38,237 nt of DNA from a virus (taxonomy: Duplodnaviria; Caudoviricetes), in IMG/VR virus record IMGVR_UViG_3300046786_000124, positions 1 through 38,237 of that record, one strand, 5' to 3'. The notes beneath the pieces are model-generated. The model worked only from the letters and a program-made list of their open reading frames with translations. It had not been told where the DNA came from and did not search any database. A program made the translations under genes and the position numbers. The first letter of the stretch is position 1, and every line of letters starts with the position of its first letter. Shown one piece after another: positions 35,267-38,237 of the stretch.

Positions 35267-35662
35267 ATGACAACGGTAAACATTGCCAACGCTACAAGCA
35301 TCATTGGTACAACAACTTTTTACACGCCTACCGGAACTTCCGCGGTTGTTTTGTTGCCTAATTCCGCTACATCGGCGGCGGTATATAAAATTAACCAAAT
35401 CGTTGCGGCCAATGTAAATGGTTCCGCCGCGGTAAATACTACGGTTTCCATTTATTCAAATGGCGCGGTAGCCCAAGGTTCGGCTCCTAGCGGCGGTACG
35501 GCCTACCCTATTGCTTCTACGGTATCGGTTCCGCCTAGCGCATCATTGGTTGTTGTTGATAAAACATCCGCCATCTATTTGATGGAAGGCCAATCGATTA
35601 TCGTAACAAGCGGTACGGCAAGCGGCATTACATATTCCATTAGTTACGAAATCATTTCCTAA
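35267..35662 (+). CDS. Ser/Thr-rich beta protein, likely virion-associated
   Basis: AAGGA RBS; lies in the fibre operon. Confidence 0.65.
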   Translation: MTTVNIANATSIIGTTTFYTPTGTSAVVLLPNSATSAAVYKINQIVAANVNGSAAVNTTVSIYSNGAVAQGSAPSGGTAYPIASTVSVPPSASLVVVDKTSAIYLMEGQSIIVTSGTASGITYSISYEIIS

Positions 35663-35674
35663 TAGGGGCTAACA

Positions 35675-36568
35675 ATGTCCTTACGCTACACGGGCAACAT
35701 TCTTGCGGCGGGGCTTAATGGCCTAAATTCGCCCGTTACAACCGTTGAATACTTAGTTGTTGCGGGTGGTGGTTCGGGTTCGGACCAAGTTACTGGCGGT
35801 GGAGGCGGCGCGGGCGGCTTGTTAACCGCCGTAGGTTATCCCATAACAATGGGTACATCTATTACGGTAACAATTGGTGCGGGCGGTGCGGTTGTTACTA
35901 ATAATGTTGGTAACGCGGGTAGCAATTCTTCTTTTGGTTCAATTGTTGCAGTAGGCGGCGGTTATGGTGGCCCTTATGGAAATCCAACAGGCGGTACTGG
36001 CGGTTCGGGTGGTTCAGGTGGCGGCGGTGGATTCTCGCAATCTTCCGGCAATGGCGTTGGTGGTTCAGGAATAGCGGGTCAAGGTAATGCGGGTGGTACT
36101 GGCGGAACAGGAGGCGTTCAAAATGGTTCAGGCGGCGGCGGTGGTGCGGGTTCTGTAGGCGGCGCGGCTACAACAAATAATTTAGGCGGCAATGGCGGTG
36201 CTGGCATTGTTTCTTCTATTACGGGTTCATCTGTGCAATATGCAGGTGGTGGCGGTGGTGGTAGTGAAAGATTCACTACTAATTCACCTAGTCTTGGTGC
36301 GGCTGGCGGGGGTAACGGGGCTTATAGAACCGATGCTAGTAATGGCGGCGTTTCAGCAACTAGTGGTTTAGCAAATACAGGTGGTGGCGGTGGCGGTAGT
36401 TCTAACTATGCGCATCCATCAGCGGGGGCGGGCGGTTCGGGTATTGTTGTTATTCGTTACCCATCATATTTAGCGCCCGCCGCATCTACAACCGGTTCGC
36501 CCGAAATGTACATTGCCGGAAATTGGCGGGTTTATAAATTTGTAGCATCAGGCACAATTACTTTTTAA
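35675..36568 (+). CDS. Glycine-rich virion/tail-associated protein (paralog 1 of 4)
   Basis: Shared VEYLVVAGGG and SGIVVIRYP...SGTITF motifs. Confidence 0.75.
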   Translation: MSLRYTGNILAAGLNGLNSPVTTVEYLVVAGGGSGSDQVTGGGGGAGGLLTAVGYPITMGTSITVTIGAGGAVVTNNVGNAGSNSSFGSIVAVGGGYGGPYGNPTGGTGGSGGSGGGGGFSQSSGNGVGGSGIAGQGNAGGTGGTGGVQNGSGGGGGAGSVGGAATTNNLGGNGGAGIVSSITGSSVQYAGGGGGGSERFTTNSPSLGAAGGGNGAYRTDASNGGVSATSGLANTGGGGGGSSNYAHPSAGAGGSGIVVIRYPSYLAPAASTTGSPEMYIAGNWRVYKFVASGTITF

Positions 36569-36575
36569 GGTTGTT

Positions 36576-38114
36576 ATGGCAAACGGTTTATTTACGCTAA
36601 AACAAGTTAACCAAGCGTTGCGCCAATCGGCTTGGACAGGACAAAAAACCCCATCGGTTCAATACCTTGTTGTTGCCGGTGGCGGTGGGGCGGTTCGTGG
36701 TGGTGGTGGTGGTGGTGGTTTATTAACAGGCGTTGTACCCGTTGTTACCGGTTCTTCAATTACTGTAACTGTTGGTTCGGGTGGTGTTGGTCGCGCGGTA
36801 AATGGAACAACTGCCGGCGGTATTGGCGGTAGTTCTATTTTTAGTTCTATTTCTGCAACAGGCGGCGGCGGTGGTGGAGCAGATACAAACACTACCCCTT
36901 TTATTGTAAATAATGTTGGACAAGCGGGCGGTTCGGGTGGCGGTGGTCCGGCATCAGGTTTAGCCGGAATTTATGTTGGTGGTCAAGGAATTTTTAATCA
37001 AGGTAATGCCGGTGGTTCTAATGGTGGTTTTGCTTCATCGCCATATCCATCAGGCGGCGGCGGTGGTGCGGGAACTATTGGATTAAATGCTTCAAATGCA
37101 TCTACATCAGGCAATGGAGGTTCGGGTGTTGCATCATCTATTTCCGGAACTACAACTTCATATTCCGGCGGTGGCGGTGGTGCAAATTATGATGGAAGTG
37201 GTACGCAAGGTAGTGGCGGCGTAGGCGGCGGCGCATCGGGTTCGAATTTATCTACTGGAAATGCCGGTACTGCAAATACTGGAGGCGGCGGTGGCGGAAC
37301 TTCGGGTTCTAGCGGTTATGTTGGCGGCAATGGCGGTAGCGGAATTGTTATTCTTTCTTACCCCGATACCTATGCGGCGGCGGCATCTACAACCGGTTCA
37401 CCAACTGTAAGTACAAGCGGTTCGGGTAGTTTTTACAACAATGCAAATAGTTTTACTTACACGCCAAGTAGTTCAACATATAACTTGGGTTCAAATAATT
37501 TCACTTTGGAAATGTGGATAAATGTATCTACACAAAACAATTTAATTCGTGGAATTAGTCAGTATGGTTTTGCAATTCTTTTAAGTGGCGGCCAACTTCA
37601 ATATTACTTATCTAGTAATGGAACAAGTTGGGATGTTGCTTCTGCGGTTAATAGCGGTTCTGTATCGTTAAACACTTGGACACATATTGCATTAGTTAGA
37701 AATGGAACTGTATTTACGCCTTATGTAAATGGCGTTGCTGGTACATCTACAACTTCTGCGGCAACTATTTCAACTAATAATGGTTTTTGTCTTTTGTCAG
37801 AACAACCGCTTACACAACCGGCGGGAAGCGGCCTTACTACAGGATATGTTTCTAATTTTAGAGCAGTAATAGGTAACGCTATTTACACTTCTAATTTCAC
37901 ACCATCAACAATTCCATTAACGCCAACAACAAATACAAAAGTTTTGTTAAATACGGTATCAGGTTCGTATTTAGCAGATTCATCTTCTTTAAGCGCGTCT
38001 ATGCTTGTTGGTACAAATACGCCATCATGGAATTCATCATCCCCATTTGCAACGGGTTTAGGTTATAAAAACCGTGTGTACACTTGGACAAGTAGCGGTT
38101 CAATTACTTTTTAA
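36576..38114 (+). CDS. Glycine-rich protein with inserted LamG/concanavalin A-like domain (paralog 2 of 4)
   Basis: NFTLEMWI, NTWTHIALVRNG..FTPYVNG and GYVSNFR LamG-type motifs. Confidence 0.8.
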   Translation: MANGLFTLKQVNQALRQSAWTGQKTPSVQYLVVAGGGGAVRGGGGGGGLLTGVVPVVTGSSITVTVGSGGVGRAVNGTTAGGIGGSSIFSSISATGGGGGGADTNTTPFIVNNVGQAGGSGGGGPASGLAGIYVGGQGIFNQGNAGGSNGGFASSPYPSGGGGGAGTIGLNASNASTSGNGGSGVASSISGTTTSYSGGGGGANYDGSGTQGSGGVGGGASGSNLSTGNAGTANTGGGGGGTSGSSGYVGGNGGSGIVILSYPDTYAAAASTTGSPTVSTSGSGSFYNNANSFTYTPSSSTYNLGSNNFTLEMWINVSTQNNLIRGISQYGFAILLSGGQLQYYLSSNGTSWDVASAVNSGSVSLNTWTHIALVRNGTVFTPYVNGVAGTSTTSAATISTNNGFCLLSEQPLTQPAGSGLTTGYVSNFRAVIGNAIYTSNFTPSTIPLTPTTNTKVLLNTVSGSYLADSSSLSASMLVGTNTPSWNSSSPFATGLGYKNRVYTWTSSGSITF

Positions 38115-38223
38115 GGCAACCAAATGAGTAGCAATTTAGGCGGTTTCATTTCGGCAACATTTAACCCGTTAGATGGTGTTGCGCCACCAACGGTTGAATA
38201 TTTGGTTGTTGCGGGCGGTGGCG
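38098..38223. repeat. Terminal direct repeat, right copy
   Basis: Identical to 1-126. Confidence 0.92.
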
Positions 38224-38237
38224 CAACACCATCTAAC

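Noticed and set aside
35675-38114. Diversity-generating retroelement acting on the Gly-rich/LamG genes
   Set aside because: No reverse transcriptase, and no near-identical repeat pair differing only at adenines was seen
38098-38223. 126-bp terminal repeat as physical phage ends
   Set aside because: Its length is typical of an assembler k-mer overlap, it cuts at a tail-gene junction, and the HNH/terminase layout points to cos ends near 14.5 kb
38217-38237. Final 21 nt form an inverted copy of 38168-38188 (hairpin end or invertible segment?)
   Set aside because: Absent from the equivalent position of the left copy (127 onward); best explained as a fold-back chimeric read at the contig tip; no invertase or protelomerase is seen
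1-38237. Stop-codon reassignment, tRNA genes, introns or inteins as an explanation of the odd codon usage
   Set aside because: Core genes are intact and of normal length in the standard code; no tRNA cloverleaf or intein motif was recognised by eye (a tRNAscan run would confirm)

Overview
This window is an apparently complete, circularly permuted ~38.1 kb genome of a tailed dsDNA phage (HK97-like siphovirus). Positions 1-126 recur at 38098-38223, which looks like an assembly overlap. In gene order it carries: a divergent early control region with a Cro-like regulator but no recognisable integrase or CI; a leftward recombination operon (ERF, YqaJ exonuclease, SSB, MazG-like); a rightward operon with a DNA methyltransferase, a DUF1376-type replication initiator and nucleases; HNH, terminase, portal and protease; two tandem major-capsid paralogs; neck and tail genes with a -1 frameshifted chaperone; a collagen-like fibre; four Gly-rich paralogs; a GT2-TPR glycosyltransferase; and a six-gene lysis region ending in an M15 endolysin. 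The most striking signal is a genome-wide, strand-independent depletion of S-W-S trinucleotides (CAC/CAG/GAC/GAG and complements), about 5- to over 10-fold in hand counts. Islands that escape this depletion mark probable recent recombination or constrained cis sites. Other candidates for a second look: a possible T4 T/RI-like lysis-inhibition pair, possible virion glycosylation, repeated promoter-hairpin-small ORF cassettes, and a possible vertex-specific capsid paralog. Product calls come from motif recognition and synteny by eye; no database searches were run. A proteobacterial host is an inference only.
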